Assembly (NCBI GenBank): GCA_964517155.1
Contig: CAZFAZ010000031.1
Location: 1 to 46,243, forward strand
DNA: 46,243 nucleotides
DNA from: an uncultured Thermoplasmatales archaeon
GTDB taxonomy: Archaea; Thermoplasmatota; E2; DHVEG-1
Direction of reading: 5' to 3'
Part shown: one piece after another, positions 27,992-38,290 of the stretch
Numbering within the stretch: the stretch's first letter is position 1
Layout: each line of letters opens with the position of its first letter
Notes under the pieces: generated by a model
The model's input: the letters and a program-made list of their open reading frames with translations, nothing else
What the model was told of the DNA's origin: nothing
Database searches by the model: none
Made by a program: the position numbers and the translations under genes

Positions 27992-29922
27992 TCAAACGCC
28001 TCCGGTAAATTTTTAATTTCAGAATAATTAAACACTGGTCCTTCTTTACAGCAATAAACACCATTAATCTGACAATGCCCACATTTACCAACACCACACT
28101 TCATGCGTCGCTCCAGAGAAACAAGTATGTTTTTATCAGGAACGCCTAGTGTTTGAAGACACTTAATTACAAATTTAAACATAATTGGTGGACCAATGAC
28201 AACAGCTATTGTATTTTTTGGCTGGATACGATCTACTTCAAGTTTAGGAAATAATGTTGTGATAAGACCAACGCTACCTGCCCAGCATTCTCCATCTTGG
28301 CAGGTATCAACTGTTAATTTACATGTTACATCATTGCATTTTTCCCAGCTAGAAATTTTATCCTGAAATAAAATGTCACAAGGTCTTTTTGAACCGTAAA
28401 GAATCTTTATATATTTGTATTTGTCACGATTCTTTTTGTCTAGACAATATTCAATTAATGATCTCATTGGAATCATACCTGTTCCACCTGAGACAAAAAT
28501 CAAATATTTACCTTCAAATTGTTTTACATCAAAACCATTGCCCAGAGGACCACGTATTCCTACAAGATCTCCAACTTTTAAAGTAAAAAGTTTTGATGTA
28601 AGATTTCCAACTTTTCTTACTACAATATCAAATGTTGGATCAGTAACAGGTGGCGAAGATACTCCAAACGGTGCTTCGCCAACTCCAAAAATAGATAGTT
28701 CTACAAATTGACCGGGTTTGTGACCTAGTGGTTTTTTATCGTTTAGTTCAAGTTGAAATAATGTTTCTGAATCAGTAAGTTTTTGTATTTTTTTAATTGT
28801 TGCACTGCGGGGAACATGAATTGTTCCTTTTTCATCTATTTTTGTTTCTTGTTTTATAAAATATTTATTTGTATCACCGTCTCCTCCAAAACGAGAAAGT
28901 TCATTTATCACATCACAGGGACTTGCGATATTTGGCAAGCATGCAATACTACATCTTCCACATCCAACGCATGCAATAAAATCATATCTTTCAGATAGAT
29001 AATTTCCTTTTCTAAAAAATCTGTGCCTGTATCTATCTTTTAAATCTTCACGGAAAACTTCACCACTTCCGACTTTTGTAAAATCTTTTAAAAGACATCC
29101 ATCCCATGTTCTAACACGTCTACCATCGGATAAGTCAAGTGATACATCATCACGTATATCATAGCAAAAACATGTTGGGCAAACCATCGTGCATGAACTA
29201 CATTCCAAGCATTTGGATGAGCGTTCTTCCCAGATGCTGTTATCATAATTTGCAACAAGAAGTGAAGACCAACTTCTTACATCATCTGTTTTTACAACTT
29301 TTTTATATTTGGAAATAAGTTTTTCACGGATTTTGTTTATTTTTTCTTTATCTGATATCTCTGCATCTTTTGTTTTTGCATATTTGTTAAGTAGTTCTTC
29401 GCCTTTTTTAGAACCTATAGTTACAGCATATTTATCACCAATATGTGTAAGCATTAAATCAAAACCTGATTCAACATAATGTGTATTCATGCTGCCAGCA
29501 AAAGAGTGTTCTGAAACATTTTGTATATCAACGCCTATAATTATTGTATTTTTTCGTCTTTTTTCATAAAAATTATCTTTTTGTTCATCTAAATAGTAAA
29601 TATCAGTCTGTTGTAAAGCAACGATATCATAAGGATGTATTCCTATGATAATTCGTGGTTTATGTTCTACTTCAGGTTTTACATCAAATTTTTCTTTTAA
29701 ACTGTAATTCATAAGATTTTCATGTTGCGGTAAAAAATATTTTTTTGGCGGAAGAATTGTTACATCGTAGTCAAGTCTTAGCTCTTCTGATGAATCAAGT
29801 AAGTCAAATACAAAGCGTTTTCCTTTTGATTTAACACCTACTATTTCATATTTTTTATCTGAAATTAGTTTATCTATAAATTCATCTAAATCCTTTTTTG
29901 AAAAAGTTTTTACATTGGCCAT
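27988..29922 (-). CDS. Fused beta (FeS, AsrA-like) and gamma (FAD/NAD(P), AsrB-like) subunit of the group 3b hydrogenase
   Basis: The N-half has CLECSSCTMVCPTCFC and CVGCGRCSIAC. The C-half has PGQF, RGPLGNGF, GGTG, GPPIM and ERRMKCGVGKCGHC. Probable ATG at 29922. Confidence 0.9.
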   Translation of the reverse strand: MANVKTFSKKDLDEFIDKLISDKKYEIVGVKSKGKRFVFDLLDSSEELRLDYDVTILPPKKYFLPQHENLMNYSLKEKFDVKPEVEHKPRIIIGIHPYDIVALQQTDIYYLDEQKDNFYEKRRKNTIIIGVDIQNVSEHSFAGSMNTHYVESGFDLMLTHIGDKYAVTIGSKKGEELLNKYAKTKDAEISDKEKINKIREKLISKYKKVVKTDDVRSWSSLLVANYDNSIWEERSSKCLECSSCTMVCPTCFCYDIRDDVSLDLSDGRRVRTWDGCLLKDFTKVGSGEVFREDLKDRYRHRFFRKGNYLSERYDFIACVGCGRCSIACLPNIASPCDVINELSRFGGDGDTNKYFIKQETKIDEKGTIHVPRSATIKKIQKLTDSETLFQLELNDKKPLGHKPGQFVELSIFGVGEAPFGVSSPPVTDPTFDIVVRKVGNLTSKLFTLKVGDLVGIRGPLGNGFDVKQFEGKYLIFVSGGTGMIPMRSLIEYCLDKKNRDKYKYIKILYGSKRPCDILFQDKISSWEKCNDVTCKLTVDTCQDGECWAGSVGLITTLFPKLEVDRIQPKNTIAVVIGPPIMFKFVIKCLQTLGVPDKNILVSLERRMKCGVGKCGHCQINGVYCCKEGPVFNYSEIKNLPEAFE

Positions 29923-29965
29923 TTTTTGCACCTTTTTATTTTTGAATTTATAAAAGCTTCTTAAA

Positions 29966-29988
29966 GCCTGTTAACCCCGGGAACAGGC
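29966..29988. promoter_or_regulatory. GC-rich inverted repeat GCCTGTT-N9-AACAGGC upstream of the group 3b hydrogenase operon
   Basis: Perfect 7-bp arms in an AT-rich intergenic region, just downstream of a minus-strand TTATATTA (about 30007-30000). Confidence 0.45.
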
Positions 29989-30183
29989 AACGTTTTTTCT
30001 AATATAAGCGTTTTCCTTTAACCAGATATCATAAAGATGGATAAGAATTAACTCTTTTATTCAAATTCAAAACAGCTGTATAAAGACAAAATATATAACT
30101 ATTTTGGAAAAATATTCATATTTATCTTCAAAATATTGAATAAAAAGCAAAAGATATTTAAAACAAAAGAAAATTATCCTATT

Positions 30184-30636
30184 ATGGACGAAATAGACAA
30201 AAAAATACTACACCTTCTACAAGAAGATGATAAAATACAGTATCAAAAAATATCAGAACAACTAGACATAGGCGCAAGTACTGTACACTACAGGATTAAA
30301 AAACTAATAAACAAGGGCATAATCAAAAATTTTTCAGCAGTAGTAGACCCTGAAAAAGCAGGGTACACAACAACAGCTGTACTTGGCTTAAATGTTGATC
30401 CATTAAAAATGGATGAAGTAGCAAAAAAACTAACAGGTTACGATGAAGTACAAGTTGTTACAACCGCATCAGGAGACCACGATATAATAATACAGCTAAT
30501 CGCAAAAGATGGAAAACACTTATGGCGGTTCATAAACGAAAACATAAAAACAATAGATGGCGTAGAAAAAAAGATACATGTATCATCGTTTTTAGATGTA
30601 TACAAAAGAACAAATATAATAAAATTTACAGATTGA
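30184..30636 (+). CDS. Lrp/AsnC family transcriptional regulator
   Basis: MDEIDKKILHLLQ..STVHYRIKKL HTH plus a RAM domain (SGDHDI). ATG 30184 is preferred over TTG 30136. Confidence 0.93.
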   Translation: MDEIDKKILHLLQEDDKIQYQKISEQLDIGASTVHYRIKKLINKGIIKNFSAVVDPEKAGYTTTAVLGLNVDPLKMDEVAKKLTGYDEVQVVTTASGDHDIIIQLIAKDGKHLWRFINENIKTIDGVEKKIHVSSFLDVYKRTNIIKFTD

Positions 30637-30647
30637 AAAAAAAAGTT

Positions 30648-31991
30648 TTATGGGTTTTTAATAAAACCCTCTTTCATAAGCATAGTCGTTTCATCACGAG
30701 CTTTTTTTATGATACTCATAGCATTATTATATAATTCTTGACGAGACGGCTTAATTCTTGCAATACCTTGAGAAATTGCTTTCATGCCAACTGCTACCGC
30801 CTCCCGAGGAAATACTTCCCATGAATCCATTGTTGGAACAATATACTTTTCAGAAATACCTTTATCCTCTGCAGTTTTTGCAAGTTCAAATGCTGCAGCG
30901 ATACACATTTCATCAGTAATTGTTTCTGCACGAACATCAAGAGTACCCCTAAAAATACCTGGAAAACCTAGTGAATTATTTATCTGATTTGGAAAATCTG
31001 AGCGCCCTGTAGCAAAAATCTTAACACCTGCTTTCTCTGCCTCCCATGGCCATATCTCAGGAACAGGATTTGCTGTTGCAAAAACAATACTTTCATCATT
31101 CATCTTTTCAATCCATTCTTTTTTAATAGTCCCCGGACCTGGTTTACTTGCAGCAATACAGATATCCGTTCCATTTATCGCATCTGCAACAGAACCTGTT
31201 CGTCCTTCACCATTTGAGTTAACACACATATCCCATTTAACAGGATTAAAATCTTTTATTTCTTTTATATCCTCTCTATTAGAATGTAGAATACCTTTGC
31301 TGTCTGCCATAATAATATTTTCTTTTTTCACACCTGCCGCAACAAGAACACGCGCTATTGCAATATTTGCAGCACCTGCACCAATCATTGAAAAAAGTGT
31401 CTCAGATCTTTTTTTACCAACTAATTTAAGTGCATTTACTGCACCTGCAACAACAATGGTTGCAGTACCTTGTTGATCATCATGCCAAACAGGAATATCC
31501 ATCTCCTTTCTAAGTCTATCAAGAATATAGAAACACTTTGGTTTTGCAATGTCTTCAAGATTTATCCCGCCAAAACTAGGTTTAAGCCATTTAACTGCTT
31601 GAATGATTTCATCAGGGTCTTTTGTATCCAGACAAATTGGATATGCATCAACGCCGCCCAGATATTTAAACAATAATGATTTACCTTCCATTACGGGAAG
31701 ACCTGCTTCAGGTCCAATATCCCCAAGACCTAAAACTCTAGTACCATCAGATACAACTGCAATTGTATTCCATTTATTAGTATGATCATAAACTGACAAT
31801 GGCTTTTTTTGTATCTCTTTACATGACTCTGCAACACCTGGAGTATACCATATTCCAAAATCATCAAAATTTCTAATACAACATTTTGGAATAACTTCTA
31901 TTTTACCGCGATAAAAAGGATGAAGTTTCATTGCATCTTTACCAGGTTTATTGGCTTTCTCTAGCAGTTGTTTTTCATTGTTTTTATTCAT
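30648..31991 (-). CDS. NAD(P)-dependent malic enzyme
   Basis: YTPGVA, VMEGK, INLEDI, HDDQQGT, GAGAA, ANPVPE and [12 protein letters not shown] motifs. Confidence 0.96.
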   Translation of the reverse strand: MNKNNEKQLLEKANKPGKDAMKLHPFYRGKIEVIPKCCIRNFDDFGIWYTPGVAESCKEIQKKPLSVYDHTNKWNTIAVVSDGTRVLGLGDIGPEAGLPVMEGKSLLFKYLGGVDAYPICLDTKDPDEIIQAVKWLKPSFGGINLEDIAKPKCFYILDRLRKEMDIPVWHDDQQGTATIVVAGAVNALKLVGKKRSETLFSMIGAGAANIAIARVLVAAGVKKENIIMADSKGILHSNREDIKEIKDFNPVKWDMCVNSNGEGRTGSVADAINGTDICIAASKPGPGTIKKEWIEKMNDESIVFATANPVPEIWPWEAEKAGVKIFATGRSDFPNQINNSLGFPGIFRGTLDVRAETITDEMCIAAAFELAKTAEDKGISEKYIVPTMDSWEVFPREAVAVGMKAISQGIARIKPSRQELYNNAMSIIKKARDETTMLMKEGFIKNP

Positions 31992-32058
31992 ACAAAAAAA
32001 CCCCTTTTTCTGTAAACTGGGGCAGGGTATCCTATTTAACTTATATTAATTATTTCAC

Positions 32059-32273
32059 TTATTTTTCGTTTACAAGCTTTAGTAGAAAAACTATCTTTTT
32101 TTCATCTATTTCTTCTTTCGAAAGTCCTTTTAACGAAAAGCCTAGATTAACATGATCTTTAAGTGAAACTTGATTTGTGGAAATGTTTGAAGGATTATTG
32201 TTCGTAGTTTCTGACAAATTTCTTTTTGCGGAGATTTCTGTTTGTTTATATATTCAGTTACTTTTTCATGCAT
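32059..32273 (-). pseudogene. Degraded DUF1801 (YdhG-like) gene with internal deletions and a frameshift
   Basis: One frame reads MHEKVTEYINKQKSPQKEICQKLRTIILQTFPQIK and a second reads VSLKDHVNLGFSLKGLSKEEIDEKKIVFLLKLVNEK*. The KWG.P and GK.M.H segments are missing. Confidence 0.7.
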
Positions 32274-32394
32274 ATTATCAATTAAACAACTTCATCTTTT
32301 AAGATTTACTAAAGAAATATATCAACTATTTTTTATACAAGAAAAGACTATTAAAAGTATTATTTTTACTAAATGAAAAAATAAGGTTTAAAAA

Positions 32395-33651
32395 ATGAAT
32401 AAAACAAAAAAAGTTGTTGTAATTGGTGGCGGACCTGCGGGGATGATGGCAGCAATTAGAGCCAGTCAAATTACCAAAAATGTAATACTTGTTGAAAAAA
32501 ATAGTATTTTAGGTAAAAAACTTCTTTTAAGTGGTAATGGGCGATGCAACCTAACAAATTCAGATAATTTAGAGTTATTTTTAAAAGGATACAATAAGAA
32601 TGGTGATTTCTTAAGAGATGCTTTTAAATTATTTTTCAATAATGATCTAATCAAGTTCTTTGAATCCAGACAGTTAAAACTAATCACTGAAAATAACGGC
32701 AGGATTTTTCCAGAAACAAATAATGCATCCAGTGTCTGTGATATATTAGAAAAAGAGCTGGTTAAAAATAATGTAAAAATAATTTATAATACCCGGTTAA
32801 CGAATATTGAAGTTGAAAACAAAAAAGTCAAAGCAGCATATTTTAACAATGGTTCAAAGTTTTTTGTAGATTGTTTGATAATTGCTACTGGAGGAATAAC
32901 ATATAGTTCAACCGGCTCAAATGGAGAAGGAATTAAAATAGTAGAAAAACTTGGCCATAAAATTGTATCATTGCAGCCGGGCTTAGTCCCATTGATCACT
33001 GATAAAAAATACCCAGTTGCATTGGAGGGTTTATCACTTAAGCAGGTTGGTGTTACTTTTGAATTTGATAAAAAGAAAATAAAATCAAATATAGGAGATT
33101 TGGTGTTTACTAAAACTGGTATTTCTGGACCTATTATATTATCAATTTCAGGTCAGATAGTAGATTTATTAAACAAAAGCATTAAAATTTCAGCGTTTAT
33201 AGATTTAATACCTTCTGAAAGTGAAAAAGAAGTTGAAGAAAAACTCATGAAAGAATTAATAAATAATCCTAAAAAAAGCATTTCAAATGTCTTAAAGAAA
33301 AATTTTCCAGACCGGTTAATTACTCTGGCGATGAAAGTTTTAGAAATTGATCCTATGACAAAATCAAGTCAAATAAAAGCAAGTGACAGGAAAAAAATAG
33401 TATCATTTTTAAAAGGCATCAATTTAAGAATAATTGGTTTTGAATCTTTAGAAAAAGCTATGATAACAATTGGCGGGATATCATTAAAAGAAATTAACCC
33501 AAGAACAATGTCGTCTAGATTAATACAAGGATTATTTTTTGCTGGTGAAATAATAGATATTAATGGTGATACAGGCGGCTATAACTTGCAGGAAGCCTTT
33601 TCTACAGGTTATTTAGCTGGAAAAAACGCTGCAGAATATGCAGACGGTTAA
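32395..33651 (+). CDS. HI0933/BaiN/YhiN family flavoprotein
   Basis: GGGPAGMMAA, GKKLLLSGNGRCNLTN, GSNGEG, ISGP and DTGGYNLQ motifs. Confidence 0.94.
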   Translation: MNKTKKVVVIGGGPAGMMAAIRASQITKNVILVEKNSILGKKLLLSGNGRCNLTNSDNLELFLKGYNKNGDFLRDAFKLFFNNDLIKFFESRQLKLITENNGRIFPETNNASSVCDILEKELVKNNVKIIYNTRLTNIEVENKKVKAAYFNNGSKFFVDCLIIATGGITYSSTGSNGEGIKIVEKLGHKIVSLQPGLVPLITDKKYPVALEGLSLKQVGVTFEFDKKKIKSNIGDLVFTKTGISGPIILSISGQIVDLLNKSIKISAFIDLIPSESEKEVEEKLMKELINNPKKSISNVLKKNFPDRLITLAMKVLEIDPMTKSSQIKASDRKKIVSFLKGINLRIIGFESLEKAMITIGGISLKEINPRTMSSRLIQGLFFAGEIIDINGDTGGYNLQEAFSTGYLAGKNAAEYADG

Positions 33652-33743
33652 AGAATTATAACGCACGATGCATTTAATCATTCAAAAACAAATCATTATA
33701 TACTACAGATACATAGCAGGTCAAAAAATAAAGGAAATATTGT

Positions 33744-33911
33744 ATGTATAGAGATGATAGAGGCGGCCGATTTGGCGGACCTCCAAGAGAAATGCACAAA
33801 GTAACTTGTGCAGAATGTGGAAAGGAAACTGAAGTTCCCTTTAAACCAGATGGAAACAGACCAGTTTATTGTAGAGACTGTTTTCAAAAACATAAGCCAA
33901 AAAGATTCTAG
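33744..33911 (+). CDS. CxxC-x17-CxxC zinc-ribbon small protein (55 aa, not in the ORF track)
   Basis: MYRDDRGGRFGGPPREMHKVTCAECGKETEVPFKPDGNRPVYCRDCFQKHKPKRF. Confidence 0.92.
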   Translation: MYRDDRGGRFGGPPREMHKVTCAECGKETEVPFKPDGNRPVYCRDCFQKHKPKRF

Positions 33912-34029
33912 TAAAAAGAATTAATAATATGTAATAAAATTGTTTTTTACAAAAAATCTTTTTTTATTTTTTTATAAAAAATATAAACATAGACTTGTAG
34001 TTGCTAGCAAAATTATTTTATCTTAAAAA

Positions 34030-35844
34030 CTAATTTGCTGGTTTTAAAAATTTACATTTAATCGCAGATTCATATATTTTTTCATTATGATCTCCGATAA
34101 AAATCTCCTCACCAACATTATGTTTCGTCCGTGTTGCCCAAATTGTAAAAGACCTGCGTACAACATATTTCTTTAATCCTTTTGTAGAAAGATATGCAAG
34201 ATTCTTATCTGAAAGATCAGATAATTCTTTTTGACGCTGAAGTCTAAAGTTTGTATAATTACCATGATACATTTTGATAAAACCTTTGTCCATGAAAAAA
34301 ATCGTGTCAGCAACCGTATCAAGAAATCTTCTATCATGTGAAACTGAAAGTACGGTACCACCATATGAATTTAAAGCACATTCAATAGCAGCTTTTGATT
34401 CCATATCCATATGATTTGTTGGCTCATCAAGAATAAGAAAATTATACGGTTGTAAAATCAAACGAAGAATAGCCAGCCGCGCGCGTTCCCCGCCGGAAAG
34501 TTGCTTCACTTGATTAAAAACCACATTTCCTTTAAAATTGAACTGTCCTAGCAATGCTTTTGCATCGTTCTCAGAAATATCTTTCTGATCCCGGCAAAGT
34601 TCATCTATAAGGCTGTTTTCAAGATTTAGAGAAAGATGCCCCTGATCAAAATAACCCCAACTAACGCCAGAGCTAATATGAAAAGCACCTTCATCGATTT
34701 TTTCTTCACCCGTCAAAATCTTTAAAAAAGTAGTCTTACCGCATCCATTTGGTCCAATAAAACCTATTTTTTGTCCAGCAAGAATCTCAAAGTTGACATG
34801 CTCAAGTATAATCTTATCATCAAAACGTTTCACAAGATCATGACCCTCAGCAACATTTTTACCAGATTTAAAAAGAGTTTTAAACCTGAAATTAAGTAAA
34901 AAGGATTTCAAAACAGGGTTTTCAACACGTTGTTCTTTTTCCAGGCGATTCATCTTACTTTTTATCTGTCGATCATATTTATTACGACGAGACATTGTTT
35001 CAATAACTTTTTTTTGTCGCTGTATTTCAGACTTTGATTTCTGAAAAGCCTGAATTTTAATATGCTGTCGAAGCTGTTTTTGTTTTTCATACTCTTCAAA
35101 AGTTGCATTAAATAGTTCTATGTGATTGCCCTGCATCTCAAATACTCTGTCAACAAGATCGTCTAAAAGATATCTATCATGCGAGATAATCATAACTGCC
35201 TGTGGAAAATCAACGATTTGCCGTTCTAACCATTCAATTGTTTCAATATCAAGATGATTTGTAGGCTCATCAAGAAGCAATAAGTCACATTCTCTGGGTT
35301 GTGCAAGTACGCTTGCCAAAGCAATTTTCTGACGCTCACCACCAGAAAGAGAATCAACTCTTGCCTGTGGTGAAAGATTTTTTATACCTATTTTTTCAAG
35401 AATATTAATTGCAGCATCCCATCGCGCGTTACTTGCATTTCGATTTGCAGATATCTTGAGTTTGCGAATTTTTTCAAGAATATCCTCATAGTTCGGTGAA
35501 CTGTAAATATCAGGGTCTTCTAACTGCATTTCATATTCCTTTATCTGACGTTGAATAGCGTCTGGCTGTGTAGTACGTATAAAAAAATCATAGACTGTCG
35601 TATCTAACTGACTCATAGCCACTTGATCTAAAAATCTAATATTCAAATTGTCTTTTCGCCAGATTTCACCTGTATTTGCCTGTTCTGTTCCTAAAAGAAT
35701 CTTAAACAATGTTGTTTTCCCGCAACCATTTGGACCAAGAAGCCCAATACAGTTATCCGTAAAAACATCAAAAGAGGCGTTATCAAATAATATTTTACCC
35801 CCAAATGTTTTTGACAATCCATTAGCTTTAACTATAACTTCCAT
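34030..35844 (-). CDS. ABC-F family ribosome-associated ATPase
   Basis: Two GPNGCGKT / LSGGER / DEPTNH modules, a helical linker, no TM segments and a short C-terminal extension. ATG at 35844. Confidence 0.93.
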   Translation of the reverse strand: MEVIVKANGLSKTFGGKILFDNASFDVFTDNCIGLLGPNGCGKTTLFKILLGTEQANTGEIWRKDNLNIRFLDQVAMSQLDTTVYDFFIRTTQPDAIQRQIKEYEMQLEDPDIYSSPNYEDILEKIRKLKISANRNASNARWDAAINILEKIGIKNLSPQARVDSLSGGERQKIALASVLAQPRECDLLLLDEPTNHLDIETIEWLERQIVDFPQAVMIISHDRYLLDDLVDRVFEMQGNHIELFNATFEEYEKQKQLRQHIKIQAFQKSKSEIQRQKKVIETMSRRNKYDRQIKSKMNRLEKEQRVENPVLKSFLLNFRFKTLFKSGKNVAEGHDLVKRFDDKIILEHVNFEILAGQKIGFIGPNGCGKTTFLKILTGEEKIDEGAFHISSGVSWGYFDQGHLSLNLENSLIDELCRDQKDISENDAKALLGQFNFKGNVVFNQVKQLSGGERARLAILRLILQPYNFLILDEPTNHMDMESKAAIECALNSYGGTVLSVSHDRRFLDTVADTIFFMDKGFIKMYHGNYTNFRLQRQKELSDLSDKNLAYLSTKGLKKYVVRRSFTIWATRTKHNVGEEIFIGDHNEKIYESAIKCKFLKPAN

Positions 35845-35945
35845 CAGCCAGGGTAACAAATTTCAGTTGTATATTATTTTAGGTTAAAAAAAATCAGATT
35901 ATTTCTAATCACAATTAAATCATGAAAAAATAGTAATAAAAAAAA

Positions 35946-36362
35946 CTAATCTTGGTTCTGCAAGGGGCTAGGGCCAATTTTTTTGAGTTCACAAACAAAA
36001 TCGGTAACAACTGATGCAAACTTCTGTCCTTCTGAAGCAGATATATATTCAAATCTTACACGCTCTGGTTCAATACCCATCTCAGCAATATGCTTTTTCA
36101 AAAGTTTGATACGCCTGTTTGTTTTATAATTACCAGATTGATAATGACAATCGCCCGGGTGACATCCAGCAATAAGCACACCGTCTGCTCCTTTTTTAAG
36201 TGCTTCAAGAACCATTACTGGGTCAACTCGACCACTGCACATTACACGAATCGATTTAATATTTGCAGGATATTTTATACGGCTAGTTCCAGCAAGATCT
36301 GCTCCTGCATATGAGCACCAATTGCATAAAAAACCAATTATGTTTGGTTCGAAATCACTCAT
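35946..36362 (-). CDS. mvhD: F420-non-reducing hydrogenase delta subunit ([2Fe-2S] adaptor to HdrA)
   Basis: FLCNWCSYAGADLAG, RVMCSGR and GCHPGDCHY motifs. Confidence 0.96.
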   Translation of the reverse strand: MSDFEPNIIGFLCNWCSYAGADLAGTSRIKYPANIKSIRVMCSGRVDPVMVLEALKKGADGVLIAGCHPGDCHYQSGNYKTNRRIKLLKKHIAEMGIEPERVRFEYISASEGQKFASVVTDFVCELKKIGPSPLQNQD

Positions 36363-36822
36363 CGCATTTTACCTCTTTTTTTACAATTTCGACTGCTTTT
36401 GGGACGGCTTTTGCAACTTCACCACTTAGTTCTTCTCCAAATTCACAGTTAAGCTCTCCAATATTTATACCAACAATTTTTATGTCTTTAGGTATTAGAT
36501 TCTGACCAAGTTTTTTTGCAAGAGTTACTGCTTGAGGAAGTGATACATCATGAGGATTACATGTATGAAACGCAGAAAGTTCACCCAAGCCAAATATATT
36601 TACATCACCTAGTTTACCTTCTTTTCTTTTTACAGCATCTATTAGTATCGCACGATCGTGGTCGACCATTAAATCCAAAAGATTCATGCCACCTGTAAAA
36701 GCACTATCAATTGTGACATTTGGTTTTTTAATTTGTTTTTTAAGTTCTTCTGCCACATGAATTCCTATGCCATCGTCTCTCAGAATCGGGTTTCCGACAC
36801 CAATTATTATTGTTTTTTTCAT
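36355..36822 (-). CDS. Hydrogenase maturation endopeptidase
   Basis: GVGNPILRDDGIG, IDAV and NPHD motifs. Probable ATG 36822 after AGGTGA. Confidence 0.92.
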   Translation of the reverse strand: MKKTIIIGVGNPILRDDGIGIHVAEELKKQIKKPNVTIDSAFTGGMNLLDLMVDHDRAILIDAVKRKEGKLGDVNIFGLGELSAFHTCNPHDVSLPQAVTLAKKLGQNLIPKDIKIVGINIGELNCEFGEELSGEVAKAVPKAVEIVKKEVKCDE

Positions 36823-36826
36823 AAAT

Positions 36827-38290
36827 TTATTCACCTAACCTTTTAATTGTTTTAAAAAGATTTTCTTTATCATCATAAACATCAACCTGCAACGGCATAC
36901 CTCCCGGGAGCGCATGAGTTGCACAAGCAAAACATGGGTCATATGCACGAAACGCCATTTCTATCTTGTTTAATATTCCTTCATCAATTTTACCTTTAAT
37001 AATAACACCTTTTGCAGCATCACGAATACTCATAGTAATTGCACCTGCATTATTTGTGGTTGCAACAATTAAGTTTGCTTTTTGCATTAGTCCTTTTTTA
37101 TCAAGTTTATAATGATGAATAAGTGTCCCGCGAGCAGCCTCTATAACACCAAAGCCTTCACCCGGTTCACCTACAGGACTGCGTATTTTATCACTAGTTA
37201 TTTCTTTATCTTTAATTAACTCATGAGCTCTTTCGCTTGCATATAAAAGCTCAATAAGTCTAGCCCAATGAAAGGCAAGAGTCGAATTTATGGGTCTGCC
37301 GCCAAGTGTTTCAAACATACGTTTGTATTCTTTATCAGCAAGTGGTGTTGCCATACCTTCTGCAGCATTAAGTCTGCCAAGAGGACCAACACGATAGATG
37401 CCACTATCTTTTCCATCAGAAAGACCCTTCCATCCAATGTCTTTTAGATATGGAAACTTCATATAACTCCATTCTTCAACATGCTCATTTATTTTATTGT
37501 AGTATTCTTTAACATCAAATTTTATATGTTCTTTTCCTTCTTGATTTGTTACTCTTATTTTTCCATCATAAAAATTAACTTTGTTTTTATCATCAACAAG
37601 CCCCATATTATAGGTTTTTAGTTGATATGGATCACTTGTAATTAAACTAACATAATCTTTGTTTTTAAGAACAATATCATCAAAAAGTTTAAGTGAAAAC
37701 TTAGCAAAATCGATACATGATTTAACCATTTTTTCAATGTCGTTTACCTCATCTTTATTTAGACCCTTTGACACGCCACCTGGAAGACCACACACAGGAT
37801 GAGTTGCTTTTCCACCAAGAATACCTGTAATTTTCTGACCATACGCTCTGTGTTTTATTACTTCTTTGCCGATTTCTACACCTGCTTTTTCTATTACACC
37901 TAAAACATTGCGTTTTGCAGCAGGGGCATCAGGACCTACTACAAAATCAGGTCCTCCTAAATAATAAAAATGCAGAATATGATCATAAATAATATATCCG
38001 CAATACATCAACTCTCTAAGTTTTTTAGCAGCACTTGTAGGTTCAACATTAAAAGCATCATCAAGTGCTTTTGTTGCTGCAAAATGATGGGCAACAGGGC
38101 AAACACCACAGATACGTGATGTTATCTGAGGCATATCCTCAGCACGTCGACCTTGAGCAAAACGTTCAAAACCCCTAAGTTCCGGTATCTGAAGATATGC
38201 GTTTTCCACATCACCTGCATTGTTTAAGAAAATACTAATTTTACCATGTCCTTCAAGACGAGTTATTGGGTCAATTGTAATTGTCTTCAT
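36827..38290 (-). CDS. mvhA: Group 3c [NiFe] hydrogenase large subunit
   Basis: DPITRLEGHG, RICGVCPVAH and RAYDPCFACATH plus a C-terminal extension. Confidence 0.95.
   Translation of the reverse strand: MKTITIDPITRLEGHGKISIFLNNAGDVENAYLQIPELRGFERFAQGRRAEDMPQITSRICGVCPVAHHFAATKALDDAFNVEPTSAAKKLRELMYCGYIIYDHILHFYYLGGPDFVVGPDAPAAKRNVLGVIEKAGVEIGKEVIKHRAYGQKITGILGGKATHPVCGLPGGVSKGLNKDEVNDIEKMVKSCIDFAKFSLKLFDDIVLKNKDYVSLITSDPYQLKTYNMGLVDDKNKVNFYDGKIRVTNQEGKEHIKFDVKEYYNKINEHVEEWSYMKFPYLKDIGWKGLSDGKDSGIYRVGPLGRLNAAEGMATPLADKEYKRMFETLGGRPINSTLAFHWARLIELLYASERAHELIKDKEITSDKIRSPVGEPGEGFGVIEAARGTLIHHYKLDKKGLMQKANLIVATTNNAGAITMSIRDAAKGVIIKGKIDEGILNKIEMAFRAYDPCFACATHALPGGMPLQVDVYDDKENLFKTIKRLGE

Noticed and set aside
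30136-30183. TTG-initiated N-terminal extension of the Lrp
   Set aside because: The segment contains the operator-like site and TATA box, and Lrp homology begins at ATG 30184.
33696-33893. 65-aa minus-strand ORF from the track
   Set aside because: It is the antisense shadow of the CxxC-x17-CxxC gene.
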